A stretch of DNA of 64,000 bases from an uncultured Candidatus Berkelbacteria bacterium (GCA_963698075.1 OY969116.1:798131-862130), one strand, 5' to 3'; shown: positions 28,611-38,869, counted from the stretch's first letter. A program made the numbers and translations. Notes: a model not told the origin generated them from the sequence alone.

Positions 28611-30191
28611 ATGGATCAAAAAAAGCCATCAGGTCCGCCACCAGGTGCGGCCGGACAAAAACCACCGGATATGCGTGAAATCATGGCTGATTATAATAAA
28701 GCGGTGAAGTTTTTTGCCAACACGCCGGCCGAAGCGTGGGAAGGGTTAGCGGTTAAAACCGCGATGGGGGTGTTTTCGGAAACGGCTCAAACTATACCTG
28801 CCTATCAAGAATTTTTAAAATTACAAAAATTCAATCCGGAAACAATCAAATCCATCGAAGATTTTTACAAAATCCCGGTGATGGATAAATATAATTACAT
28901 CCAAGCCTACGGCTTTAACGAAGTCAACTCGGCTAAAGCCGGCAAAGATCTGTATAGTGTCTCTCTAAGTTCAGGAACAATTGATGAACCAACCATTTGG
29001 CCACGCTATTACCAATACGAGGAGTTCCTTCCTTTGGTTTTTGATCTTTTAATGCGGCTCTATTGGCAAATTGATAAAAAATCAACTCTTGCCGTTAATG
29101 CTTATGCGATGGGACCTTGGATGGCGGGATTTTCCGTTCATTCAGCAATCAGGCCTTTAACGCAAAAATATAAATTAACTTTAGCCACCCCTGGTGCCGA
29201 TATTGATTCAATCGTTTATACAATTGTTAAGCTTTCTAAATTCTATGATCAAACTATAATTTTTTCTTACGCGACGTTTGCCAGAACCATCCTTGATCGT
29301 TTAGAAGAGGCAGGCCTGAATCTCAAAAAACTTAATCTTAAGATGTTCCTTGCCGGCGAAGGCCACACCGTTGAATGGCGCCAGTATATAAATAAGCTAG
29401 CCACCGGCGATCCGGAAAATTTGACCTGTATCATTGATGGATATGGTGTTACTGATACTGGTCTCTCTGGCCAAGGATCAGTTCTGACTAATTTGATCAG
29501 AGATCTGGCCCAGAAGAACGAAAAATTATGCGAAGATTTATTTGGTAGAACCGATTGTGTGCCATCTCTTTTCCAATACAATACTGGCACTTATTTTATC
29601 GAGGAAGTTAATGGTGAAGTTGTCATTACGACCAAAAGTACTACTCCACTCGTTAGATATAACCTTCATGATCACGGGGGGGTGATTAAATTTCGAGAAA
29701 TGACAGAAGTTCTTAATAAACATGGTTATGATTACAAAAAACTTTTGCGTAAAAAGAAACTAAATCCCGATGAAGTTGTTTGGCAACAGCCGTTTGTTTA
29801 TTGTTTCGGTAGGCGAGACGACACAGTGATCATTGGTGGCGCCAATGTTTATCCCGAGCAAATTGCTCCAGTTCTATTCAATGAGAAAGTCCGCGATATT
29901 CATAGCTTTAAACTGGCAACCGACTATGACAAAGAACAACATCAAATATTTTATATTTTACTCGAGCTCAAAGGTGGAATTTCGTATAGCCAAAAACAGA
30001 TTGAGAAAATGGAAAAGAAATATCACGATTGGATTATGGACAGATTGTTGAAGGTAAGCAGTGATTATGCCGTGTCTTACAAGGCTGATCCGGAATATGC
30101 CGATTTCATTATTAAAATATATAACAACGGTGAAGGTCCGTTTGAGAATGACAAAACAAGGACAAAACCAAGATTGGTTTTAAAGAAATAA
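28611..30191 (+). CDS. adenylate-forming enzyme, PaaK/CapK/F390-synthetase-like (ANL superfamily)
   Basis: SSGTIDEPT resembles the SSGTTGKP adenylation motif; 526 aa; PaaK-like arrangement. Confidence 0.45.
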   Translation: MDQKKPSGPPPGAAGQKPPDMREIMADYNKAVKFFANTPAEAWEGLAVKTAMGVFSETAQTIPAYQEFLKLQKFNPETIKSIEDFYKIPVMDKYNYIQAYGFNEVNSAKAGKDLYSVSLSSGTIDEPTIWPRYYQYEEFLPLVFDLLMRLYWQIDKKSTLAVNAYAMGPWMAGFSVHSAIRPLTQKYKLTLATPGADIDSIVYTIVKLSKFYDQTIIFSYATFARTILDRLEEAGLNLKKLNLKMFLAGEGHTVEWRQYINKLATGDPENLTCIIDGYGVTDTGLSGQGSVLTNLIRDLAQKNEKLCEDLFGRTDCVPSLFQYNTGTYFIEEVNGEVVITTKSTTPLVRYNLHDHGGVIKFREMTEVLNKHGYDYKKLLRKKKLNPDEVVWQQPFVYCFGRRDDTVIIGGANVYPEQIAPVLFNEKVRDIHSFKLATDYDKEQHQIFYILLELKGGISYSQKQIEKMEKKYHDWIMDRLLKVSSDYAVSYKADPEYADFIIKIYNNGEGPFENDKTRTKPRLVLKK

Positions 30192-30378
30192 ATCAAGTTC
30201 TCTGTTTAGCTTAAACCTTAGGTGAAAACTGGGCACTTTTTTAATTATTTTTCCATTACAATATTTGGTAATTTGGGTTAGCTGAATTATTTAGATTATA
30301 TAGTAAATCGGTCTCACTTAACGCGTAGTAGTAAAATGAGAGCAGTCATCGAGACGCTCTCATTTATATTTTGTAGGT

Positions 30379-31779
30379 TTAGATCCTTTTGATAACAGGT
30401 CCGGATTTGCTGTCTTGAACTTCATATCCGTGTTTGAGTAACTCTTCGCGAATCGTGTCGGCTCTTGCCCAGTCGTGGTTGGTTCGGGCTCTTGATCTTT
30501 CTTCGATTAGAACACGAACTTCATCTGGTATAGTTTCTTCTCTGATTCTGAACGGGTCTATGCCCAAGACTTGGTCAAAGGATCCCGCTATCTTGATCTT
30601 CATAGCGGGAGCGATTCTCGGGCTATCGACGACTCCCCAGAGTACGGCTAGGGCTTTCGGCGTATTGAGGTCATCGTTTATGTTTTGGAGGAAGCGTGTC
30701 CTGTACTCGTCGAAAATTGGATCGTTCGCTTTCACTTCACCCTGGTTTTGACCCCTCAGGTCGATAAACTTCTGTCTTAGTCTTTTGAGGGCGTTCTTGG
30801 CTCCGTCCAGCCCCTCAAATGTGAATTCGAGGGGACTACGATAATGTGCTCCCAAAAGGTAATAACGGTAGTCAAGCGGATCGTAGCCTCGGTCGATAAG
30901 GCTTTGGAGCGTCAGGAAACCACTACCTGACTTCGCCATTTTTTCGTCACCACCGACGATCAAAAAATCGTTGTGTAGCCAGTAGGAAACCCATTGGTGA
31001 CCAAGGGCGCCTTCGCTCTGGGCGATTTCGTTGGTGTGATGAACGGGAATGTGATCAATTCCCCCTGTGTGTATGTCAAATCTTTCGCCGAGGTATTTGC
31101 TTGCCATGGCTGAGCATTCGATGTGCCAACCTGGAAAGCCTCGTCCCCATGGCGAATCCCAGAGCATCGCATGACTGGAGTACTTATAGAAAGTAAACCA
31201 GAGCACAAAATCATGGGGAGACCGCTTATTGGGATCTTTCTCCACTCGAGCAATGTTTGAGGATTTGCTTAGATTTAGCCTTGCCAATCTTCCGTAATCC
31301 GGGAACTTAGAGGTGTCGAAGTACACATTGCCACCCGCGACGTACGCCAACCCGCGTTCTTCCAGACGCCTGATCATGGCGATGATTTCGGGAATATGTT
31401 GAGTTGCTGGGCATATGATGTTAGGCCGCTCGACTTGCAATAACTCTAAATCGTGAAGAAAAGCCTGAGTGTAGAAATCGGCGATTTCCCAAACAGTTTT
31501 CCCTTCTCGGGTTGCACTTTTCTCGATTTTATCTTCGCCTTCATCGGCGTCACTAGAAAGATGTCCTACGTCGGTGATGTTCATAACATGTTGAACATCG
31601 TAACCATTTACGCGAAACATCTTCTTAAGTGTATCGGCAAAAACGTAGGCCCTCAGATTGCCTATGTGGGCATAATTGTAAACTGTCGGGCCACAGGTGT
31701 ATATCCCGACTTTTCCAGGGACAAAGGGTCTGAAAACCTCTTTCTTTCGACTCATCGTGTTTGTGAGCTTAATCTCCAT
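30379..31779 (-). CDS. cysS: cysteinyl-tRNA synthetase
   Basis: [13 protein letters not shown] and KMAKSGSG motifs. Start placed at MEIKLTN, which has a GAAAGGAGG RBS. Confidence 0.95.
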   Translation of the reverse strand: MEIKLTNTMSRKKEVFRPFVPGKVGIYTCGPTVYNYAHIGNLRAYVFADTLKKMFRVNGYDVQHVMNITDVGHLSSDADEGEDKIEKSATREGKTVWEIADFYTQAFLHDLELLQVERPNIICPATQHIPEIIAMIRRLEERGLAYVAGGNVYFDTSKFPDYGRLARLNLSKSSNIARVEKDPNKRSPHDFVLWFTFYKYSSHAMLWDSPWGRGFPGWHIECSAMASKYLGERFDIHTGGIDHIPVHHTNEIAQSEGALGHQWVSYWLHNDFLIVGGDEKMAKSGSGFLTLQSLIDRGYDPLDYRYYLLGAHYRSPLEFTFEGLDGAKNALKRLRQKFIDLRGQNQGEVKANDPIFDEYRTRFLQNINDDLNTPKALAVLWGVVDSPRIAPAMKIKIAGSFDQVLGIDPFRIREETIPDEVRVLIEERSRARTNHDWARADTIREELLKHGYEVQDSKSGPVIKRI

Positions 31780-31888
31780 TTTGTAACCTCCTTTCGCAAG
31801 GTGGGACTGAAGTATGTTATCCCTGAATACAAGGGATGATGAATGATCCATCCCTCTTGCATAATTTTATAATAAAATTATGCTTATG

Positions 31889-32899
31889 TCAATCACTAAT
31901 CTCCGAGAGCTTAGAAAACATTTTGTTGTTTAATAATTTTCTCGCCATTGAATTTGTGAGGACCTGTTTTAATTCTTGTTTTGATTTTACTAAGAAAAAG
32001 GATAGAAAGCCGTGGACATCACTTTTTTCTTGGGCATTGAATTTATTTTCAATCAATCGGAAGAACCTATCAATGTATGGGTCTTTTATTAATTGATATG
32101 AATCAAGATTTTTATAAGAATATTCATAAGGATTTTCGGGAAAATTTTTAATATTCTTTTTTACATACATAGATATTTCTTGATAAAGTTTATTTAAAAA
32201 TCTGATTCTTCTTTCAACATCTTCTTTCAGATAACTTTTAATTTTCATAGCCTCTTTTAAATTATTAAGACAATCCTGCGGCACAAAGGGAAAAGTTGCC
32301 AGAAAAGGTATGCTCCATTTTTTATGAGGCATAAATTGTTTATTAATGAGAAACAAGAGCTCAATTATTGAATCTACGCCATCGTTAATTAAATAATGAG
32401 CTGTCTCTGGGAATCCTCTTTTAAGTGCTCTTCGGGTGTGTATATTGACGTGCCAATTATATTGTCCCATTATCTTGATGATTCTGTTCTTTCTGTATGT
32501 TTCATCATGTTGAATTTTTCTTTCAATGAATTTTTTAACTTTTTCATTTTTATCGTAGACCAACAATCCATTAGCGAAAACAGCCTTTTTCCCTTCGGGC
32601 CATTCATTCCATTTATTTATCAGGTTTTCCTGATGTATATTAAATTCTAAAACTCTATTTTTATATTTGAGGTGAAATTCAAAACCTGGAAGATAGTCTG
32701 GAATGTTCTTTGTGTTGATAAAAATTGCCATATCCAAATCAGAAAATTTATCAATAAATCTTCGTTTCCCGAGTCCTCCGAGTAATACAATTCCTTCAAT
32801 CTCTTTCTTGGATTGAAAATTGGATACTAACAATTCGATTAATTCGTCGTATTGTTTTTTAATATTGAATGTTTTTAATTTTAACGTCATTTTGGACAT
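31889..32899 (-). CDS. Pol-beta-superfamily nucleotidyltransferase-like protein
   Basis: GGLGKRRFIDKFSDLDMAIF fits the minimal NTase motif (G[GS]x9-13DxD); lies in a very AT-rich island. Confidence 0.45.
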   Translation of the reverse strand: MSKMTLKLKTFNIKKQYDELIELLVSNFQSKKEIEGIVLLGGLGKRRFIDKFSDLDMAIFINTKNIPDYLPGFEFHLKYKNRVLEFNIHQENLINKWNEWPEGKKAVFANGLLVYDKNEKVKKFIERKIQHDETYRKNRIIKIMGQYNWHVNIHTRRALKRGFPETAHYLINDGVDSIIELLFLINKQFMPHKKWSIPFLATFPFVPQDCLNNLKEAMKIKSYLKEDVERRIRFLNKLYQEISMYVKKNIKNFPENPYEYSYKNLDSYQLIKDPYIDRFFRLIENKFNAQEKSDVHGFLSFFLVKSKQELKQVLTNSMARKLLNNKMFSKLSEISD

Positions 32900-32900
32900 G

Positions 32901-33737
32901 TTATCTAATTTTAATGTGTCTAATTTTTACACTTTGCCCGAAAACTATCTTCGCCAACGAATTTATGTTTCTTGACCATTCTTTTATTTCACCCGTGGTG
33001 TAGAATATTACATTTTCTAATTTTTTATTTGATTCGTCGAAGGGTCTCTTCTGTCTAAAAAATTCTGTAATCATATTACCTGGATCTAAATAAATTAAAT
33101 TTTTCCCAAATTCTATTTTTATCTCCTCTTGTATAAAACAAAAGCAGGTGCATCCCAGTAATACACCGTCTAAACTGTATTCTTTATATGATTTTAAATT
33201 TTTTAATATTCTATTTTTTCCCTCATTCGTATTGTGTTGTCCTCTTGCGATAACCGCTTCGCTTTCTGTTAAAATAAAATTTACCATTTTTTGGGGTTTG
33301 GCCATTTTAATGAGTTTAAAATATAATCCTGAATTTATTGTGTATTTAGTACCCAATACACCAATATTTCTATTACCTATAAAAACGGCAGAGTCTTTTA
33401 AAAGCAATTTTAACAGATCTACCATAGTTATAATTGTTATGTTGTATTTCTTTGAAATAATATTTTTAAAAGAATTTATAGCTATTGACGCTGTATTGCA
33501 GGCGACAACCAATAAAGTGAGTTTACTAATTTTGTTAAAATATCTCAGCCAACCGTCTACAATATTTATAATCTCTTTTTTAGATTTCAATCCGAATGGG
33601 TTCATCTCACCGTCAGCAAGAAATATAACATTATATTCTCCAATTTTATCTGAAAGATTTTTTAAGACAATGATACCACATGCGCATGAATCGGCAATTA
33701 ATATGGTTTTTTTAGTTTTGTCTAGTTTCTTATTCAT
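32901..33737 (-). CDS. Asp/Glu/hydantoin racemase family protein (MurI-like)
   Basis: Both catalytic-cysteine motifs are present: VVACNTASI and LLGCTCF. Confidence 0.65.
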   Translation of the reverse strand: MNKKLDKTKKTILIADSCACGIIVLKNLSDKIGEYNVIFLADGEMNPFGLKSKKEIINIVDGWLRYFNKISKLTLLVVACNTASIAINSFKNIISKKYNITIITMVDLLKLLLKDSAVFIGNRNIGVLGTKYTINSGLYFKLIKMAKPQKMVNFILTESEAVIARGQHNTNEGKNRILKNLKSYKEYSLDGVLLGCTCFCFIQEEIKIEFGKNLIYLDPGNMITEFFRQKRPFDESNKKLENVIFYTTGEIKEWSRNINSLAKIVFGQSVKIRHIKIR

Positions 33738-34920
33738 ATCCTTTTTTATTATAAGAATCCAATAAGATTTTTGCCATTCCGTTCATGGTTATTTGCATTT
33801 CTAAAGCGGGGCTACTATTACCCTCAATAACAATCGCTCCATCGGGAGTAAGTGTTATATCCCAGCCAATACAAGTAATAGTTGGAAAAAGATTGGCACA
33901 TTTAATCGCTAGATTGGTGACTTGCTTAATCTGTTTTACTTTTTTATTTCTAAATACGTATCCAGAGTTAATGTGAGCAGAATAAGTGTCTAATTTTCCA
34001 TCGTAAGCAATATTAGCCATTGAACCATCTTTAATATCAATCTGAAGATGTAGTCCACCTCCATGAACATTATCAATAAAAGATTTATTTATTCCACATC
34101 GCAGCGTACAAGCTAAAACACTAGTCCCTGTAAAGTGAGAGAAGTATGTTAGGACTCTGAAGGTATTTACCGAGGAGGAGTTAATTTTTTTTAATTCTTC
34201 GATTTGTTCTATACCTTCTTGTAATATCCAATCTCTAAAAGATAAGGTTTGCAGATATTCAATATCAAGCTTGATCTTTTTATCATTTTTAAAGATCATT
34301 TTACTTTTATCATACAAGAAAAGCATTATTTCATTACCGCCGCTTCCGGCATCAGCCGGCTTCATGAAGATTCTCTTTGATTTTGTAGAACTTAATGTTT
34401 TATTTAATTCAGCATTATTTTTAATTATTTCACAATCTTTATTGAATATTGTTCCTCTTTTTATTTTTATTAATGTGGTTGGTATTGGTATTTTGTAACC
34501 CCTGCAGATTTCCTCAAATATATTTTTGTCGTCAAGAAGCCATATATTTTTGTTTATTTTAGGCAAAATTTTGTAATACATAACTGTTTCGGGCATAAAG
34601 TTTAGTACCTCTTTATATGAGAAACTTTTGTCATACAACTTGTACCTGAAATAGTGAAACGGAAGGCATCGCCATGCTAAGGTTAACTTAATAAGCTCTA
34701 ATAGGGTCCCAATGAACCCCTTTTTGTTTTTATATTGTGAGAATTGAGCGATTTGATTATTTTTAAAATCTTTAACTTGGTATAAAAGCCATTTTGGCCA
34801 GGCATAAAATCGCAATCCCAGCGCTTCCATTTTCTCATATGAGATTTGGATGTTTTTATTAAAACTCATCGATTTATTATTTTTCATTTTCGAATTCGAC
34901 TTTAGAAAAAATAAGTACAT
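33730..34920 (-). CDS. ATP-grasp-like ligase (sugar-transfer-associated ATP-grasp family, putative)
   Basis: FMKPADAGSGGNEI P-loop-like motif; ~396 aa; overlaps the racemase gene. Confidence 0.4.
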   Translation of the reverse strand: MYLFFLKSNSKMKNNKSMSFNKNIQISYEKMEALGLRFYAWPKWLLYQVKDFKNNQIAQFSQYKNKKGFIGTLLELIKLTLAWRCLPFHYFRYKLYDKSFSYKEVLNFMPETVMYYKILPKINKNIWLLDDKNIFEEICRGYKIPIPTTLIKIKRGTIFNKDCEIIKNNAELNKTLSSTKSKRIFMKPADAGSGGNEIMLFLYDKSKMIFKNDKKIKLDIEYLQTLSFRDWILQEGIEQIEELKKINSSSVNTFRVLTYFSHFTGTSVLACTLRCGINKSFIDNVHGGGLHLQIDIKDGSMANIAYDGKLDTYSAHINSGYVFRNKKVKQIKQVTNLAIKCANLFPTITCIGWDITLTPDGAIVIEGNSSPALEMQITMNGMAKILLDSYNKKGYE

Positions 34921-35029
34921 CTTTCTTTGGAGAATATTATCAGGTTATTTATTCTTTGTCAAGCTATCCCTGAAAATGTAAGTCTAAAGTTATAAAAAAG
35001 AAGAATCCGTCCCGGAGTGGGACGGATGA

Positions 35030-35371
35030 CTAGAACTCGAGTTCTGAAAGGTGAAAGTCTTGGACGGTAGAGAAGGCTCCAACCATCCAGGCTCGAAGAT
35101 TAGTGGTAACGAACTCTCTAAGGATGACGCAGATGGCCTCCTCGATCTCATCCTTGTTTGTTTGGGCGTTTGCTTCCTTGGTATCGATGTGGATCTGGGC
35201 GAAGAGACCAGCGCTGTCGGATAAGTGGGATGGAACGATCTCGACGAAAATCGGTTTGACGATGGTGTCGATATTCAGTATCTCAGCAACCTTGCTCTGA
35301 ATATTGTCTCGCAGAGCTTTCTGTTCGTCTGGGCTGATGGTGTCAGGTATGCCGTAAATGTGGATGAGCAT
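35030..35371 (-). CDS. tandem tautomerase-fold-like small protein, paralog A
   Basis: Two beta-alpha-beta halves resembling 4-OT (LIHIYGIP...DEQKALRDNIQSKVAEIL...PIFVEIVP). ~90% identical to 43375..43716. Has its own promoter and terminator. Confidence 0.35.
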   Translation of the reverse strand: MLIHIYGIPDTISPDEQKALRDNIQSKVAEILNIDTIVKPIFVEIVPSHLSDSAGLFAQIHIDTKEANAQTNKDEIEEAICVILREFVTTNLRAWMVGAFSTVQDFHLSELEF

Positions 35372-35560
35372 CGGTTTCCTCCAGTGAGACGCTTTAGGGT
35401 TATTATCTCACATTTTATAGAGATGTCAATGTTTTTGAACCTTTCTCATTTCCTGCTATAATGAAAATAAGTCTAATCTTTTTATATATGGAAAATAAAT
35501 CAATTCCGATTATTAATTCATATAATGAATGGGATCCTTTAGAAGATAACGGAGGGGTTT

Positions 35561-37384
35561 TTGGAATTAGTTTACATTAGTTTAACTGGGATAATCTCGT
35601 TATTAACTTTAATTTTTGGGATAAGAGTACTATTGGCAGACCGAAAATCAGTCATTAACCGCGCTTTTGCAATATTTTCCGTATTAACTGTGATGTGGCT
35701 GATAATAGACTTTAGTACTTACGAGCAAAGCCTTGCTGATTATCAGACTATACTTTGGAAAATAATTTTCCTGGTCATAATTCTAATGGTTTTTTCTTTG
35801 ACTTATTTTATTAATTATTTTCCTAGGACATATATAAATTTTAGCTCCCTAGGGAAAATAATAATTTTTTCGATTACAATTATCATCGCAGTACTAAGTC
35901 TTTTACCAAATTTTATTGTCGATTATGCTTACATGCAGGATTATGGCTCAAATTTTCAGCAAGGTAAATATTTTATTGTATTTGTATTATATGTATCTAT
36001 TCTCTCTATCTTTATACTGATTGCCCTAATTAACAAATTTATTAAGTCTCGAGGGCAAGAAAGACAGCAATTAAAATATTTACTCTATGGTTTATTGGTG
36101 TTCGTTTTATTAAACTTATCATTTAATATGTTTATTCCTATGATCACTAAGACCTTTCTTTTAGCAAGGATCGGCAGTTATTCTTCGATAATTTTTGTAG
36201 GTTTCCTTGCCTACGCAATCTTAAAAACCCATCTTTTCAATATCCGCATTATCTTAACCGAATCCGCAGTTGTGATTATTGATGTTATTTTGACGGTTCA
36301 GATATTTACTTCGCATTCAACAATGGAGGCATTATTAAGAGCAATGTTTGCTGTTTTTGTGTTTTACGGAAGTTATATTTTAGTTAGATCAGTGAGGCGC
36401 GAGATTAAATTTAGGCAAGAGTTACAGGTCATGACCGAACAGTTAGCCCGGGCCAATGAGCATCTTAAGGAACTTGATGCGATGAAGACGGAGTTTGTCA
36501 GTTTGGCCAGTCACGAGTTGTTAACACCCGTCTCCGCCATCGAAGGATATTTAAGCATGCTTTTGGATGAGCATATGGCCAAAGTGGAAGATCCAACAGC
36601 CCAAAAGTATATGGACCGTGTTTATTCTTCCGCAAAACGATTAGCGCGTCTCGTCACCGATATGCTTAATGTATCAAGAATCGAGGAAGGACGGCTCCTC
36701 GTTGAGAAAAAAGAAATTGATTTATCAAAACTCATTAACGAGGTCATCGAAGAGATTAAATTTAAGGCCGAAGAAAATAAGCAAAAAATTGTTTTTGAAA
36801 ATCCTGACGGCTGGAACACTTTCGGTGATCCTGACAAACTCAAAGAAGTGGTGCTTAATGTTATCGGTAATTCAATCAAATATTCCAAAAATCCCGGCAC
36901 CATTACAATCAAAATCGAAAAAGTCCCGACCGCGCGGGTCGCCGAAAAATGGAAAAAAGTGGAGGATGAAATCAAAGCCCGGCCATTGGACGATCAAGAA
37001 GCAATTAAATCGGCGGTTGATGAACATTTCCACGCTTTAGTCGGGTCCCAACAACTAATAATTTCCGTTCAAGATCAAGGCATTGGCATACCCAAAGAAG
37101 AATTGCCGCGTTTGTTTAAAAAATTTCATCGCGTTGGCGACTACACCACTGCCGAATCGCAGGGCACAGGCCTCGGTCTCTACATTTCTCGCGCTTTAGT
37201 CGAGCTCCATCACGGCCGAATCTGGGCCGAATCCGAAGGTCCTTCCCACGGCTCAACCTTCACTTTTTCTCTGCCGGATATATCTTCCAAAGATGAACTC
37301 TTAAAAATGGAAGCCCAAGCTCCGCAGCCGAAGGAGCAATTAAAACCTTTGGCAAAGCCAGTGAAAGAAGCGGAAGAGATCTAG
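35561..37384 (+). CDS. sensor histidine kinase with N-terminal 7TM receptor domain
   Basis: Seven N-terminal TM helices, H-box LASHELLTPVSAIEGYL, HATPase_c (GTGLGLYISR). Confidence 0.85.
   Translation: MELVYISLTGIISLLTLIFGIRVLLADRKSVINRAFAIFSVLTVMWLIIDFSTYEQSLADYQTILWKIIFLVIILMVFSLTYFINYFPRTYINFSSLGKIIIFSITIIIAVLSLLPNFIVDYAYMQDYGSNFQQGKYFIVFVLYVSILSIFILIALINKFIKSRGQERQQLKYLLYGLLVFVLLNLSFNMFIPMITKTFLLARIGSYSSIIFVGFLAYAILKTHLFNIRIILTESAVVIIDVILTVQIFTSHSTMEALLRAMFAVFVFYGSYILVRSVRREIKFRQELQVMTEQLARANEHLKELDAMKTEFVSLASHELLTPVSAIEGYLSMLLDEHMAKVEDPTAQKYMDRVYSSAKRLARLVTDMLNVSRIEEGRLLVEKKEIDLSKLINEVIEEIKFKAEENKQKIVFENPDGWNTFGDPDKLKEVVLNVIGNSIKYSKNPGTITIKIEKVPTARVAEKWKKVEDEIKARPLDDQEAIKSAVDEHFHALVGSQQLIISVQDQGIGIPKEELPRLFKKFHRVGDYTTAESQGTGLGLYISRALVELHHGRIWAESEGPSHGSTFTFSLPDISSKDELLKMEAQAPQPKEQLKPLAKPVKEAEEI
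37292..37384 (+). repeat. direct repeat copy 1 (native 3' end of the 7TM histidine kinase)
   Basis: gatgaactcttaaaaatggaagcccaag...aaagaagcggaagagatctag. Confidence 0.65.
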
Positions 37385-37435
37385 CCCCTTGACAAACATA
37401 CAAAATTTGTATATTATAACATTAGAGGTAAAAAA

Positions 37436-37660
37436 ATGGCAATTAAAACTGTCAACATCTCATTCCCAGACAATGTTCTTAAGCAAATTGACGAGTTTGC
37501 GAAAAAAGAAGCTTTAAGCCGAAGCGATGTTTTAAGAATTGGTGCCAAAAAATATATTCGTAATTTTACCGAATGGCAGCTTTTGCAGGAGATTGGCGAA
37601 AAACAAGCTAAAAAACTTGGTTTAGACACGGAAGAAAAGGTCGTTAAAATCTTGCAATGA
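37436..37660 (+). CDS. ribbon-helix-helix (CopG-family) antitoxin
   Basis: 74 aa with RHH N-terminus; TTGACA-17-TATATT promoter immediately after the HK stop; 4-nt overlap with the PIN gene. Confidence 0.6.
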   Translation: MAIKTVNISFPDNVLKQIDEFAKKEALSRSDVLRIGAKKYIRNFTEWQLLQEIGEKQAKKLGLDTEEKVVKILQ

Positions 37661-38076
37661 AAATTGTCATTGATAGTTCGGTTTGGATTGCGGGGATTGG
37701 TTCTCGTACCGGCTTTGCTAGCCAGATTATTTTTAAATCATATAAAAGTTCTCAAATTGAAATTTTTATCTCAAATAAGATTTTGGATGAAATTTCGATT
37801 AATTTAGAAAAAAAGTTAAAATTCGACACCTCAACTAGTCATCGAGCCCGACAAACTGTCAGAAATCTATGTGACTTTGAAGTCGAAGTGAGCTCCAGAG
37901 ATGAGAAAACAATTAGCAAGAGATATCCTGAAGATAAACATATTCTTGCTTTATGCCGAAAGATTCAAGCTGATTATTTGATCACATTTGACCGCAAACA
38001 TTTGTTACCTTTGAAAAAATTCGATCGAACTTTAATTTTAGAACCCAAGGATTTTGTCAAAGTGATGAACTCTTAA
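37657..38076 (+). CDS. PIN-domain toxin (VapC-like)
   Basis: MKIVIDSSVWIA N-terminus with the acidic D and a later LITFD motif; overlaps the RHH gene. Confidence 0.7.
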   Translation: MKIVIDSSVWIAGIGSRTGFASQIIFKSYKSSQIEIFISNKILDEISINLEKKLKFDTSTSHRARQTVRNLCDFEVEVSSRDEKTISKRYPEDKHILALCRKIQADYLITFDRKHLLPLKKFDRTLILEPKDFVKVMNS

Positions 38077-38156
38077 AAATGGAAGCCCAAGTTCCCAAAA
38101 CCAAAGAAGCCCTCAAGCCTCTCGCCCGTCCGGTCAAAGAAGCGGAAGAGATCTAA
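38064..38156 (+). repeat. direct repeat copy 2 (after the RHH-PIN cassette)
   Basis: 28-nt identical core plus a conserved ...aaagaagcggaagagatctaa end. Confidence 0.65.
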
Positions 38157-38182
38157 AAGTCGTTTTCCAGTATAATAAATTC

Positions 38183-38737
38183 ATGACATTAGTTGTTATT
38201 AGCTACCCTAAAATTGACGATAGACAATTCAGATGGATTCAATCTGTAAGAAAAGAGTACGATGAACTCTATTTTAACGTGATCAACCCCCACTTTACCT
38301 TTGTATTTCCTTTAACATCTGTATCGCAAGGACAATTGATACAACATATAGCGAATCAATTAATTGGGCAAAAACAAATAGATTTTATTCTTACGAAAGC
38401 GATAGTTGAGAAAGATGCTTTCATTGACTATACCCATACTTTTCTTGTTCCCGATAAGGGTTATGATACAATTGTTAAATTACATGATAAATTATACACA
38501 GGCATTCTAGAACCAGAGCTCAGGAGAGATATCCCTTATATTCCACATATAGGTATTGGTAATGACAAAAATCCACAGGTTTGCAAAAAGTTAACCAACG
38601 AAATTAATTGGAAAAAAATTTCTATTGCCGGTAGAATTGGAAATATAGACATTGCCGAGTACAAAAATGATGAAGTCGTTACTATAGAGAGATTAGAACT
38701 CTTCAAGAGGAATCCGAAGTTTCCCAAGACCCAATAA
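38183..38737 (+). CDS. 2H-phosphoesterase-superfamily-like protein (LigT-like, putative)
   Basis: Two H-x-[TG]-x motifs (PHFTFVFP and PHIGIG) at LigT-like spacing; 184 aa. Confidence 0.35.
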   Translation: MTLVVISYPKIDDRQFRWIQSVRKEYDELYFNVINPHFTFVFPLTSVSQGQLIQHIANQLIGQKQIDFILTKAIVEKDAFIDYTHTFLVPDKGYDTIVKLHDKLYTGILEPELRRDIPYIPHIGIGNDKNPQVCKKLTNEINWKKISIAGRIGNIDIAEYKNDEVVTIERLELFKRNPKFPKTQ

Positions 38738-38785
38738 GCTCTTAAGCCACTCGCCTGGTTAATGAAGCAGGCGGAAGAGATATAA
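38736..38785 (+). repeat. direct repeat copy 3, decayed (after the 2H-phosphoesterase-like gene)
   Basis: aagctcttaagccactcgcctggttaatgaagcaggcggaagagatataa. Confidence 0.5.
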
Positions 38786-38869
38786 AATTATTTATTTGAT
38801 CTACAAACTATTGATTTTTAAATCATATTCTTTTAGAATTAGACTAACCAGTTGAACCAGGAGACAGAC

